This document shows positions 10,901 to 24,724 of a stretch of DNA of 64,000 nucleotides, piece by piece. The stretch's first letter is position 1. Every line of letters begins with the position of its first letter. The position numbers were made by a program, and so were the translations under genes. This DNA comes from Tubulanus polymorphus (Eukaryota > Animalia > Nemertea), in contig NC_134028.1 in the NCBI RefSeq assembly GCF_964204645.1, positions 27,307,345 to 27,371,344 on the forward strand. The letters are read 5' to 3'. Below the pieces are notes generated by a model, which ran no database searches, was not told where the DNA came from, and worked only from the letters and a program-made list of their open reading frames with translations.

Positions 10901-13900
10901 TGCTCCTGAAGATGATGGACTCGATCTGAAACGATAGGTTAAGGTAAACTGAACTGATTTCGAGTAGATGGACTGAAAGATACAGATTTTTCTTGCAAAA
11001 GAGGGTCCTAAAGGTGATGAATTCTATCTTAATTGATGGGTTAGGGTGTACTGAACTGATTTCAAATAGATAGGTTGAAAGAATTAGAATTTTCTGGCTG
11101 CTTTTGGTTCTGAAGATGATGGATTCAATCTGAAAAGATGTGTTAAGGCGTATTGAACTGATTTCAAATAGATAGGTGGAAAGATTCAGAATTTTCTGGG
11201 TACTGATGCTCCTGAAGATGATGGACTCGATCTGAAATGATAGGTTAAGGTAAACTGAACTGATTTAGAGTAGATGGACTGAAAGATACAGATTTTTCTT
11301 GCAAAGTAGGGTCCTAAAGATGATGAGTTCTATCTTAATTGATTGGTTAGGGTGTACTGAACTGATTTCAAATAGATAGGTGGAAAGATTAAGAATTTTC
11401 TGGCTATTTATGCTCCTGAAGATGATGGACTCGATCTGAAACGATAGGTTAAGGTAAACTGAACTGATTTCGTGTAGATGGACTGAAAGATACAGATTTT
11501 TCTTGCAAAATAGGGTCCTAAAGATGATGAATTCTATCTTAATTGATGGGTTAGGGTGTACTGAACTGATTTCAAATAGATAGGTTGAAAGAATCAGAAT
11601 TTTCTGGCTGCTTTTGGTTCTGAAGATGATGGATTCAACCTGAAAAGATGTGTTAAGGCGTATTGAACTGATTTCAAATAGATAGGTGGAAAGATTCAGA
11701 ATCTTCTGGGTACTTATGCTCCTGAAGATGATGGACTCGATCTGAAATGATAGGTTAAGGCAAACTGAACTGATTTCGAGTAGATGGACTGAAAGATACA
11801 GATTTTTCTTGCAAAATAGGGTCCTAAAGATGATGAATTCTATCTTAATTGTTGGGTTAGGGTGTACTGAACTGATGTTCAATAGATTGGTTGAAAGATT
11901 CAGAATTTTCTGACTACTCATAGTTCTGAAGTTGATTGATTCAATCTGAAAAGATGGGTTAAGGCGTATTGAACTGATTTCAAATAGATAGGTGGAAAGA
12001 TTAAGAATTTTCTGGCTATTTATGCTCCTGAAGATGATGGACTCGATCTGAAATGATAGGTTAAGGTAAACTGAACTGATTCCGAGTAGATGGGATGAAA
12101 GATACAGATTTTCGCTGCAAAATAGGGTCCTAAAGATGATGAATTCTATCTTAATTAATGGGTTGGGTGTAATGAACTGATGTCAAATAGATAGGTTGAA
12201 AGAATCAGAATTTTCTGGCTGCTTTTGGTTCTGAAGATGATGGATTCAATCTGAAAAGATGGGTTTAGGCGAATTGAACTGATTTCAAATAGATAGGTGG
12301 AAAGATTCAGAATTTTCTGGCTGCTTTTGGTCCTAAAGATGATGAGTTCTATCTTAATTGATTGGTTAGGGTGTACTGAACTGATTTCAAATAGATAGGT
12401 GGAAAGATTAAGAATTTTCTGGCTATTTATGCTCCTGAAGATGATGGACTCGATCTGAAATGATAGGTTAAGGTAAACTGAACTGATTTCGAGTAGATGG
12501 ACTGAAAGATACAGATTTTTCTTGCAAAATAGGGTCCTAAAGATGATGAATTCTATCTTAATTGTTGGGTTAGGGTGTACTGAACTGATGTTCAATAGAT
12601 TGGTTGAAAGATTCAGAATTTTCTGACTACTTATACTTCTGAAGTTGATTGATTCAATCTGAAAAGATGGGTTAAGGCGTATTGAACTGATTTCAAATAG
12701 ATGGGTGGAAAGATTAAGAATTTTCTGGCTATTTATGCTCCTGAAGATGATGGACTCCATCTGAAATGATAGGTTAAGGTAAACTGAACTGATTCCGAGT
12801 AGATGGGATGTAAGATACAGATTTTTGTTGCAAATTAGGGTCCTAAAGATGATGAATTCTATCTTAATTAATGGGTTAGGGTGTAATGAACTGATGTCAA
12901 ATAGATAGGTTGAAAGAATCAGAATTTTCTGGCTGCTTTTGGTTCTGAAGATGATGGATTCAATCTGAAAAGATGGGTTTAGGCGAATTGAACTGATTTC
13001 AAATAGATAGGTGGAAAGATTCAGAATTTTCTGGCTATTTATGCTCCTGAAGATGATGGACTCGATCTGAAACGATAGGTTAAGGTAAACTGAACTGATT
13101 TCGAGTAGATGGACTGAAAGATACAGATTTTTCTTGCAAAATAGGGTCCTAAAGATGATGAATTCTATCTTAATTGATGGGTTAGGGTGTACTGAACTGA
13201 TTTCAAATAGATAGGTTGAAAGAATCAGAATTTTCTGGCTGCTTTTGGTTCTGAAGATGATGGATTCAATCTGAAAAGATGTGTTAAGGCGTATTGAACT
13301 GATTTCAAATAGATAGGTGGAAAGATTCAGCATTTTCTGGGTACTGATGCTCCTGAAGATGATGGACTCGATCTGAAATGATAGGTTAAGGTAAACTGAA
13401 CTGATTTCGAGTAGATGGACTGAAAGATACATATTTTTCTTGCAAAGTAGGGTCCTAAAGATGATAAGTTCTATCTTAATTGATTGGTTAGGGTGTACTG
13501 AACTGATTTCAAATAGATAGGTGGAAAGATTAAGAATTTTCTGGCTATTTATGCTCCTGAAGATGATGGACTCGATCTGAAACGATAGGTTAAGGTAAAC
13601 TGAACTGATTTCGTGTAGATTGACTGAAAGATACAGATTTTTCTTGCAAAATAGGGTCCTAAAGATGATGAATTCTATCTTAATTGATGGGTTAGGGTGT
13701 ACTGAACTGATTTCAAATAGATAGGTTGAAAGAATCAGAATTTTCTGGCTGCTTTTGGTTCTGAAGATGATGGATTCAACCTGAAAAGATCTGTTAAGGC
13801 GTATTGAACTGATTTCAAATAGATAGGTGGAAAGATTCAGAATCTTCTGGGTACTTATGCTCCTGAAGATGATGGACTCGATCTGAAATGATAGGTTAAG

Positions 13901-16500
13901 GCAAACTGAACTGATTTCGAGTAGATGGACTGAAAGATACAGATTTTTCTTGCAAAATAGGGTCCTAAAGATGATGAGTTCTATCTTAATTGATGGGTTA
14001 GGGTGTACTGAACTGATTTCAAATAGATAGGTTGAAAGAATCAGAATTTTCTGGCTGCTTTTGGTTCTGAAGATGATGGATTCGATTTGAAAAGATGTGT
14101 TAAGGCGTATTGAACTGATTTCAAATAGATAGGTGGAAAGATTCAGAATTTTCTGGGTACTTATGCTCCTGAAGATGATGGACTCGATCTGAAATGATGG
14201 ACTCGATCTGAAATGATAGGTTAAGGTAAACTGAACTGATTTCGAGTAGATGGACTGAAAGATACAGATTTTTCTTGCAAAATAGGGTCCTAAAGATGAT
14301 GAATTCTATCTTAATTGATGGGTTAGGGTGAACTGAACTGATTTCAAATAGATAGGTGGAAAGAATCAGAATTTTCTGGCTGCCTTTGGTTCTGAAGATG
14401 ATGGACTCAATCTGAAAAGATGGGCTAAGGCGTATGGAACTGATTTCAAATAGATAGGTGGAAAGATTAAGAATTTTCTGGCTATTTATGCTCCTGAAGA
14501 TGATGGACTCGATCTGAAATGATAGGTTAAGGTAAACTGAACTGATTTCGAGTAGATGGACTGAAAGATACAGATTTTTCTTGTAAAATAGGGTCCTAAA
14601 GATGATGAATTCTATCTTAATTGTTGGGTTAGGGTGTACTGAACTGATGTTCAATAGATTGGTTGAAAGATTCAGAATTTTCTGACTACTTATACTTCTG
14701 AAGTTGATTGATTCAATCTGAAAAGATGGGTTAAGGCGTATTGAACTGATTTCAAATAGATAGGTGGAAAGATTAAGAATTTTCTGGCTATTTATGCTCC
14801 TGAAGATGATGGACTCCATCTGAAATGATAGGTTAAGGTAAACTGAACTGATTCCGAGTAGATGGCATGTAAGATACAGATTTTTGTTGCAAATTAGGGT
14901 CCTAAAGATGATGAATTCTATCTTAATTAATGGGTTAGGGTGTAATGAACTGATGTCAAATAGATAGGTTGAAAGAATCAGAATTTTCTGGCTGCTTTTG
15001 GTTCTGAAGATGATGGATTCAATCTGAAAAGATGGGTTTAGGCGAATTGAACTGATTTCAAATAGATAGGTGGAAAGATTCAGAATTTTCTGGGTACTTA
15101 TGCTCCTGAAGATGATGGACTCGATCTGAAATGATAGGTTAAGGTAAACTGAACTGATTTCGAGTAGATGGACTGAAAGATACAGATTTTTCTTGCAAAA
15201 TAGGGTCCTAAAGATGATGAATTCTATCTTAATTGATGGGTTAGGGTGTACTGAACTGATTTCAAATAGATAGGTTGAAAGAATCAGAATTTTCTGGCTG
15301 CTTTTGGTTCTGAAGATGATGGATTCAATCTGAAAAGATGTGTTAGGGCGTATTGAACTGATTTCAAATAGATAGGTGGAAAGATTCAGAATTTTCTGGG
15401 TACTGATGCTCGTGAAGATGATGGACTCGATCTGAAATGATAGGTTAAGGTAAACTGAACTGATTTCGAGTAGATGGACTGAAAGATACATATTTTTCTA
15501 GCAAAGTAGGGTCCTAAAGATGATAAGTTCTATCTTAATTGATTGGTTAGGGTGTACTGAACTGATTTCAAATAGATAGGTGGAAAGATTAAGAATTTTC
15601 TGGCTATTTATGCTCCTGAAGATGATGGACTCGATCTGAAACGAAAGGTTAAGGTAAACTGAACTGATTTCGTGTAGATGGACTGAAAGATACAGATTTT
15701 TCTTGCAAAATAGGGTCCTAAAGATGATGAATTCTATCTTAATTGATGGGTTAGGGTGTACTGAACTGATTTCTGGCTGCCTTTGGTTCTGAAGATGATG
15801 GATTCAACCTGAAAAGATGTGTTAAGGCGTATTGAACTGATTTCAAATAGATAGGTGGAAAGATTCAGAATCTTCTGGGTACTTATGCTCCTGAAGATGG
15901 TGGACTCGATCTGAAATGATAGGTTAAGGCAAACTGAACTGATTTCGAGTAGATGGACTGAAAGATACAGATTTTTCTTGCAAAAAAGGGTCCTAAAGAT
16001 GATGAGTTCTATCTTAATTGATGGGTTAGGGTGTACTGAACTGATTTCAAATAGATAGGTTGAAAGAATCAGAATTTTCTGGCTGCTTTTGGTTCTGAAG
16101 ATGATGGATTCAATTTGAAAAGATGTGTTAAGGCGTATTGAACTGATTTCAAATAGATAGGTGGAAAGATTCAGAATTTTCTGGGTACTTATTCTCCTGA
16201 AGATGATGGACTCGATCTGAAATGATAGGTTAAGGTAAACTGAACTGATTTCGAGTAGATGGACTGACAGATACAGATTTTTCTTGCAAAGTAGGGTCCT
16301 AAAGATGATGAGTTCTATCTTTATTGATTGGTTAGGGTGTACTGAACTGATTTCAAATAGATTGGTGGAAAGATTAAGAATTTTCTGGCTATTTATGCTC
16401 CTGAAGATGATGGACTCGATCTGAAACGATAGGTTAAGGTAAACTGAACTGATTTCGTGCAGATGGACTGAAAGATACAGATTTTTCTTGCAAAATAGGG
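1913..16500. repeat. Divergent edge layer of the satellite, with extra monomer variants (D, C', B') and more large indels
   Basis: Variant D (GATGTTCAATAGATTGG...CTGACTAC...GAAGTTGATTG) starts at 5349, 8707, 10441, 11868, 12581 and 14640. C' (TTCCGAGTAGATGGGATG...TTTGTTGC) and B' (CTGGGTAC) are essentially confined to this zone. The right boundary is approximate. Confidence 0.85.
2599..2904 (+). repeat. Representative 306-bp higher-order unit: monomer A (2599-2700), B (2701-2802), C (2803-2904)
   Basis: A carries GAATCAG...GCTGCTTTTGGTTC...AAAAGATGTGTTAAGGCGTAT. B carries GATTAAG...GCTATTTATGCTCC...AAATGATAGGTTAAGGTAAAC. C carries TTTCGAGTAGATGGAC...CTTGCAAAATAGGGTCC...GGGTTAGGGTGTAC. My hand count of consensus differences per 102 bp: A/B 17, B/C 25, A/C 26. 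Confidence 0.95.
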
Positions 16501-19500
16501 TCCTAAAGATGATGAATTCTATCTTAATTGATGGGTTAGGGTGAACTGAACTGATTTCAAATAGATAGGTGGAAAGAATCAGAATTTTCTGGCTGCCTTT
16601 GGTTCTGAAGATGATGGACTCAATCTGAAAAGATGTGTTAAGGCGTATTGAACTGATTTCAAATAGATAGGTGGAAAGATTAAGAATTTTCTGGCTATTT
16701 ATGCTCCTGAAGATGATGGACTCGATCTGAAATGAAAGGTTAAGGTAAACTGAACTGATTTCGAGTAGATGGACTGAAAGATACAGATTTTTCTTGCAAA
16801 ATAGGGTCCTAAAGATGACGAGTTCTATCTTAATTGATGGGATAGGGTGTACTGAACTGATTTCAAATAGATAGGTGGAAAGAATCAGAATTTTCTGGCT
16901 GCTTTTGGTTCTGAAGATGATGGATTCAATCTGAAAAGATGTGTTAAGGCGTATTGAACTGATTTCAAATAGATAGGTGGAAAGATTAAGAATTTTCTGG
17001 CTATTTATGCTCCTGAAGATGATGGACTCGATCTGAAATGATAGGTTAAGGTAAACTGAACTGATTTCGAGTAGATGGACTGAAAGATACAGATTTTTCT
17101 TGCAAAATAGGGTCCTAAAGATGATGAATTCTATCTTAATTGATGGGTTAGGGTGTACTGAACTGATTTCAAATAGATAGGTGGAAAGACTAAGAATTTT
17201 CTGGCTATTTATGCTCCTGAAGATGATGGACTCGATCTTAAATGATAGGTTAAGGTAAACTGAACTGATTTCGAGTAGATGGACTGAAAGATACAGATTT
17301 TTCTTGCAAAATAGGGTCCTTAAGATGATGAATTCTATCTTAATTGATGGGTTCGGGTGTACTGAACTGATTTCAAATAGATAGGTGGAAAGAATCAGAA
17401 TTTTCTGGCTGCTTTTGGTTCTGAAGATGATGGATTCAATCTGAAAAGATGTGTTAAGGCGTATTGAACTGATTTCAAATAGATAGGTGGAAAGATTAAG
17501 AATTTTCTGGCTATTTATGCTCCTGAAGATGATGGACTCGATCTGAAATGATAGGTTAAGGTAGACTGAACTGATTTCGAGTAGATGGACTGAAAGATAC
17601 AGATTTTTCTTGCAAAATAGGGTCCTAAAGATGATGAGTTTTATCTTAATTGATGGGTTAGGGTGTACTGAACTGATTTCAAATAGATAGGTGGAAAGAT
17701 TAAGAATTTTCTGGCTGCTTTTGGTTCTGAAGATGATGGACTCAATCTGAAAAGATGTGTTAAGGCGTATTGAACTGATTTCAAATAGATAGGTGGAAAG
17801 ATTAAGAATTTTCTGGCTATTTATGCTCCTGAAGATGATGGACTCGATCTGAAATGATAGGTTAAGGTAAACTGAACTGATTTCGAGTAGATGGACTGAA
17901 AGATACAGATTTTTCTTGCAAAATAGGGTCCTAAAGATGATGAATTCTATCTTAATTGATGGGTTAGGGTGTACTGAACTGATTTCAAATAGATAGGTTG
18001 AAAGAATCAGAATTTTCTGGCTGCTTTTGGTTCTGAAGATGATGGATTCAATCTGAAAAGATGTGTTAAGGCGTATTGAACTGATTTCAAATAGATAGGT
18101 GGAAAGATTAAGAATTTTCTGGCTATTTATGCTCCTGAAGATGATGGACTCGATCTGAAATGATAGGTTAAGGTAAACTGAACTGATTTCGAGTAGATGG
18201 ACTGAAAGATACAGATTTTTCTTGCAAAATAGGGTCCTAAAGATGATGAATTCTATCTTAATTGATTGGTTAGGGTGTACTGAACTGATTTCAAATAGAT
18301 AGGTGGAAAGATTAAGAATTTTCTGGCTATTTATGCTCCTGAAGATGATGGACTCGATCTGAAATGATAGGTTAAGGTAAACTGAACTGGTTTCGAGTAG
18401 ATGGACTGAAAGATACAGATTTTTCTTGCAAAATAGGGTCCTAAAGATGATGAATTCTATCTTAATTGATGGGTTAGGGTGAACTGAACTGATTTCAAAT
18501 AGATAGGTGGAAAGAATCAGAATTTTCTGGCTGCCTTTGGTTCTGAAGATGATGGACTCAATCTGAAAAGATGGGTTAAGGCGTATTGAACTGATTTCAA
18601 ATAGATAGGTGGAAAGATTAAGAATTTTCTGGCTATTTATGCTCCTGAAGATGATGGACTCGATCTGAAATGATAGGTTAAGGTAAACTGAACTGATTTC
18701 GAGTAGATGGACTGAAAGATACAGATTTTTCTTGCAAAATAGGGTCCTAAAGATGATGAATTCTATCTTAATTGATGGGTTAGGGTGTACTGAACTGATT
18801 TCAAATAGATAGGTGGAAAGACTAAGAATTTTCTGGCTATTTATGCTCCTGAAGATGATGGACTCGATCTTAAATGATAGGTTAAGGTAAACTGAACTGA
18901 TTTCGAGTAGATGGACTGAAAGATACAGATTTTTCTTGCAAAATAGGGTCCTAAAGATGATGAATTCTATCTTAATTGATGGGTTCGGGTGTACTGAACT
19001 GATTTCAAATAGATAGGTGGAAAGAATCAGAATTTTCTGGCTGCTTTTGGTTCTGAAGATGATGTATTCAATCTGAAAAGATGTGTTAAGGCGTATTGAA
19101 CTGATTTCAAATAGATAGGTGGAAAGATTAAGAATTTTCTGGCTATTTATGCTCCTGAAGATGATGGACTCGATCTGAAATGATAGGTTAAGGTAGACTG
19201 AACTGATTTCGAGTAGATGGACTGAAAGATACAGATTTTTCTTGCAAAATAGGGTCCTAAAGATGATGAGTTTTATCTTAATTGATGGGTTAGGGTGTAC
19301 TGAACTGATTTCAAATAGATAGGTGGAAAGATTAAGAATTTTCTGGCTGCTTTTGGTTCTGAAGATGATGGACTCAATCTGAAAAGATGTGTTAAGGCGT
19401 ATTGAACTGATTTCAAATAGATAGGTGGAAAGATTAAGAATTTTCTGGCTATTTATGCTCCTGAAGATGATGGACTCGATCACAAATGATAGGTTAAGGT

Positions 19501-22500
19501 AAACTGAACTGATTTCGAGTAGATGGACTGAAAGATACAGATTTTTCTTGCAAAATAGGGTCCTAAAGATGATGAATTCTATCTTAATTAATGGGTTAGG
19601 GTGTACTGAACTGATTTCAAATAGATAGGTTGAAAGAATCAGAATTTTCTGGCTGCTTTTGGTTCTGAAGATGATGGATTCAATCTGAAAAGATGTGTTA
19701 AGGCGTATTGAACTGATTTCAAATAGATAGGTGGAAAGATTAAGAATTTTCTGGCTATTTATGCTCCTGAAGATGATGGACTCGATCTGAAATGATAGGT
19801 TAAGGTAAACTGAACTGATTTCGAGTAGATGGACTGAAAGATACAGATTTTTCTTGCAAAATAGGGTCCTAAAGATGATGAATTCTATCTTAATTGATTG
19901 GTTAGGGTGTACTGAACTGATTTCAAATAGATAGGTCGAAAGATTAAGAATTTTCTGGCTATTTATGCTCCTGAAGATGATGGACTCGATCTGAAATGAT
20001 AGGTTAAGGTAAACTGAACTGGTTTCGAGTAGATGGACTGAAAGATACAGATTTTTCTTGCAAAATAGGGTCCTAAAGATGATGAATTCTATCTTAATTG
20101 ATGGGTTAGGGTGAACTGAACTGATTTCAAATAGATAGGTGGAAAGAATCAGAATTTTCTGGCTGCCTTTGGTTCTGAAGATGATGGACTCAATCTGAAA
20201 AGATGGGTTAAGGCGTATTGAACTGATTTCAAATAGATAGGTGGAAAGATTAAGAATTTTCTGGCTATTTATGCTCCTGAAGATGATGGACTCGATCTGA
20301 AATGATAGGTTAAGGTAAACTGAACTGATTTCGAGTAGATGGACTGAAAGATACAGATTTTTCTTGCAAAATAGGGTCCTAAAGATGATGAATTCTATCT
20401 TAATTGATGGGTTAGGGTGAACTGAACTGATTTCAAATAGATAGGTGGAAAGATTAAGAATTTTCTGGCTATTTATGCTCCTGAAGATGATGGACTCGAT
20501 CTGAAATGATAGGTTAAGGTAAACTGAACTGATTTCGAGTAGATGGACTGAAAGATACAAATTTTTCTTGCAAAATAGGGTCCTAAAGATGATGAATTCT
20601 ATCTTAATTGATGGGTTAGGGTGTACTGAATTGATTTCAAATAGATAGGTTGAAAGAATCAGAATTTTCTGGCTGCTCTTGGTTCTGAAGATGATAAATT
20701 CAATCTGAAAAGATGTGTTAAGGCGTATTGAACTGATTTCAAATAGATAGGTGGAAAGATTAAGAATTTTCTGGCTATTTATGCTCCTGAAGATGATGGA
20801 CTCGATCTGAAATGATAGGTTAAGGTAAACTGAACTGGTTTCGAGTAGATGGACTGAAAGATACAGATTTTTCTTGCAAAATAGGGTCCTAAAGATGATG
20901 AATTCTATCTTAATTGATGGGTTAGGGTGAACTGAACTGATTTCAAATAGATAGGTGGAAAGAATCAGAATTTTCTGGCTGCCTTTGGTTCTGAAGATGA
21001 TGGACTCAATCTGAAAAGATGTGTTAAGGCGTATTGAACTGATTTCAAATAGATAGGTGGAAAGATTAAGAATTTTCTGGCTATTTATGCTCCTGAAGAT
21101 GATGGACTCGATCTGAAATGATAGGTTAAGGTAAACTGAACTGATTTCGAGTAGATGGACTGAAAGATACAGATTTTTCTTGCAAAATAGGGTCCTAAAG
21201 ATAATGAATTCTATCTTAATTGATGGGTTAGGGTGAACTGAACTGATTTCAAATAGATAGGTGGAAAGAATCAGAATTTTCTGGCTGCCTTTGGTTCTGA
21301 AGATGATGGACTCAATCTGAAAAGATGGGCTAAGGCGTATTGAACTGATTTCAAATAGATAGGTGGAAAGATTAAGAATTTTCTGGCTATTTATGCTCCT
21401 GAAGATGATAAACTCGATCTGAAATGATAGGTTAAGGTAAACTGAACTGATTTCGAGTAGATGGACTGAAAGATACAAATTTTTCTTGCAAAATAGGGTC
21501 CTAAAGATGATGAATTCTATCTTAATTGATGGGTTAGGGTGTACTGAATTGATTTCAAATAGATAGGTTGAAAGAATCAGAATTTTCTGGCTGCTCTTGG
21601 TTCTGAAGATGATAAATTCAATCTGAAAAGATGTGTTAAGGCGTATTGAACTGATTTCAAATAGATAGGTGGAAAGATTAAGGATTTTCTGGCTATTTAT
21701 GCTCCTGAAGATGATGGACTCGATCTGAAATGATAGGTTAAGGTAAACTGAACTGATTTCGAGTAGATGGACTGAAAGATACAGATTTTTCTTGCAAAAT
21801 AGGGTCCTAAAGATGATGAATTCTATCTTAATTGATGGGTTAGGGTGTACTGAACTGATTTCAAATAGATAGGTTGAAAGAATCAGAATTTTCTGGCTGC
21901 TTTTGGTTCTGAAGATGATGGATTCAATCTGAAAAGATGTGTTAAGGCGTATTGAACTGATTTCAAATAGATAGGTGGAAAGATTAAGAATTTTCTGGCT
22001 ATTTATGCTCCTGAAGATGATGGACTCGATCTGAAATGATAGGTTAAGGTAGACTGAACTGATTTCGAGTGGATGGACTGAAAGATACAGATTTTTCTTG
22101 CAAAATAGGGTCCTAAAGATGATGAGTTCTAACTTAATTGATGGGTTAGGGTGAACTGAACTGATTTCAAATAGATAGGTGGAAAGATTAAGAATTTTCT
22201 GGTTATTTATGCTCCTGAAGATGATGGACTCGATCTGAAATGAAAGGTTAAGGTAAACTGAACTGATTTCGAGTAGATGGACTGAAAGATACAGATTTTT
22301 CTTGCAAAATAGGGTCCTAAAGATGATGAATTCTATCTTAATTGATGGGTTAGGGTGTACTGAACTGATTTCAAATAGATAGGTTGAAAGAATCAGAATT
22401 TTCTGGCTGCTTTTGGTTCTGAAGATGATGGATTCAATCTGAAAAGATGTGTTAAGGCGTATTGAACTGATTTCAAATAGATAGGTGGAACGATTAAGAA

Positions 22501-24724
22501 TTTTCTTGCTATTTATGCTCCTGAAGATGATGGACTCGATCTGAAATGATAGGTTAAGGTAGACTGAACTGATTTCGAGTAGATGGACTGAAAGATACAG
22601 ATTTTTCTTGCAAAATAGGGTCCTAAAGATGATGAGTTCTATCTTAATTGATGGGTTAGGGTGCACTGAACTGATTTCAAATAGAAAGGTGGAAAGATTA
22701 GGAATTTTCTGGTTATTTATGCTCCTGAAGATGATGGACTCGATCTGAAATGAAAGGTTAAGGTAAACTGAACTGATTTCGAGTAGATGGACTGAAAGAT
22801 ACAGATTTTTCTTGCAAAATAGGGTCCTAAAGATGATGAGTTCTAACTTAATTGATGGGTTAGGGTGAACTGAACTGATTTCAAATAGATAGGTGGAAAG
22901 ATTAAGAATTTTCTGGCTATTTATGCTCCTGAAGATGATGGACTCGATCTGAAATGAAAGGTTAAGGTAAACTGAACTGATTTCGAGTAGATGGACTGAA
23001 AGATACAGATTTTTCTTGCAAAATAGGGTCCTAAAGATGATGAATTCTATCCTAATTGATGGGTTAGGGTGTACTGAACTGATTTCAAATAGATAGGTTG
23101 AAAGATTAAGAATTTTCTGGCTGCTTTTGGTTCTGAAGATGATGGATTCAATCTGAAAAGATGTGTTAAGGCGTATTGAACTGATTTCAAATAGATAGGT
23201 GGAAAGATTAAGAATTTTCTGGCTATTTATGCTCCTGAAGATGATGGACTCGATCTGAAATGATAGGTTAAGGTAGACTGAACTGATTTCGAGTAGAGGG
23301 ACTGAAAGATACAGATTTTTCTTGCAAAATAGGGTCCTAAAGATGATGAGTTTTATCTTAATTGATGGGTTAGGGTGTACTGAACTGATTTCAAATAGAT
23401 AGGTGGAAAGATTAAGAATTTTCTGGCTATTTATGCTCCTGAAGATGATGGACTCGATCTGAAATGATAGGTTAAGGTAAACTGAACTGATTTCGAGTAG
23501 ATGGACTGAAAGATACAGATTTTTCTTGCAAAATAGGGTCCTAAAGATGATGAAATCTATCTTAATTGATGGGTTAGGGTGTACTGAACTGATTTCAAAT
23601 AAATAGGTGTAAAGATTAAGAATTTTCTGGCTATTTATGCTCCTGAAGATGATGGACTCAATCTGAAAAGATGGGCTAAGGCGAATTGAACTGATTTCAA
23701 ATAGATAGGTGGAAAGATTAAGAATTTTCTGGCTATTTATGCTCCTGAAGATGATGGACTCGATCTGAAATGATAGGTTAAGGTAAACTGAACTGATTTC
23801 GAGCAGATGGACTGAAAGATACAGATTTTTCTTGCAAAATAGGGTCCTAAAGATGACGAATTCTATCTTAATTGATGGGTTAGGGTGAACTGAACTGATT
23901 TCAAATAGATAGGTTGAAAGAATCAGAATTTTCTGGCTGCTTTTGGTTCTGAAGATGATGGATTCAATCTGAAAAGATGTGTTAAGGCGTATTGAACTGA
24001 TTTCAAATAGATAGGTGGAAAGATTAAGAATTTTCTGGCTATTTATGCTCCTGAAGATGATGGACTCGATCTGAAATGATAGGTTAAGGTAAACTGAATT
24101 GATTTCGAGTAGATGGACTGAAAGATACAGATTTTTCTTGCAAAATAGGGTCCTAAAGATGATGAATTCTATCTTAATTGATGGGTTAGGGTGTACTGAA
24201 CTGATTTCAAATAGATAGGTTGAAAGAATCAGAATTTTCTGGCTGCTTTTGGTTCTGAAGATGATGGATTCAATCTGAAAAGATGTGTTAAGGCGTATTG
24301 AACTGATTTCAAATAGATAGGTGGAAAGATTAAGAATTTTCTGGCTATTTATGCTCCTGAAGATGATGGACTCGATCTGAAATGATAGGTTAAGGTAGAC
24401 TGAACTGATTTCGAGTGGATGGACTGAAAGATACAGATTTTTCTTGCAAAATGGGGTCCTAAAGATGATGAGTTCTAACTTAATTGATGGGTTAGGGTGA
24501 ACTGAACTGATTTCAAATAGATAGGTGGAAAGATTAAGAATTTTCTGGTTATTTATGCTCCTGAAGATGATGGACTCGATCTGAAATGAAAGGTTAAGGT
24601 AAACTGAACTGATTTCGAGTAGATGGACTGAAAGATACAGATTTTTCTTGCAAAATAGGGTCCTAAAGATGATGAATTCTATCTTAATTGATGGGTTAGG
24701 GTGTACTGAACTGATTTCAAATAG
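15772..24724 (-). other. Longest stop-free stretch (~2,980 codons) of the repeat's minus-strand frame; a 34-aa repeat translation, probably not a genuine gene
   Basis: The track ORF 15734..22666 continues upstream in frame to the TAG at 24725-24727. There is no Met in the consensus, no unique N- or C-terminal domain, and the composition is I/L/F/S/K-rich. Confidence refers to coding function. Confidence 0.12.
17100..20350. repeat. 1,632-bp (16-monomer) tandem duplication
   Basis: Markers GACTAAG (17188/18820) and GTTCGGG (17351/18983) are both offset by 1,632. Block ends are approximate. Confidence 0.8.
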
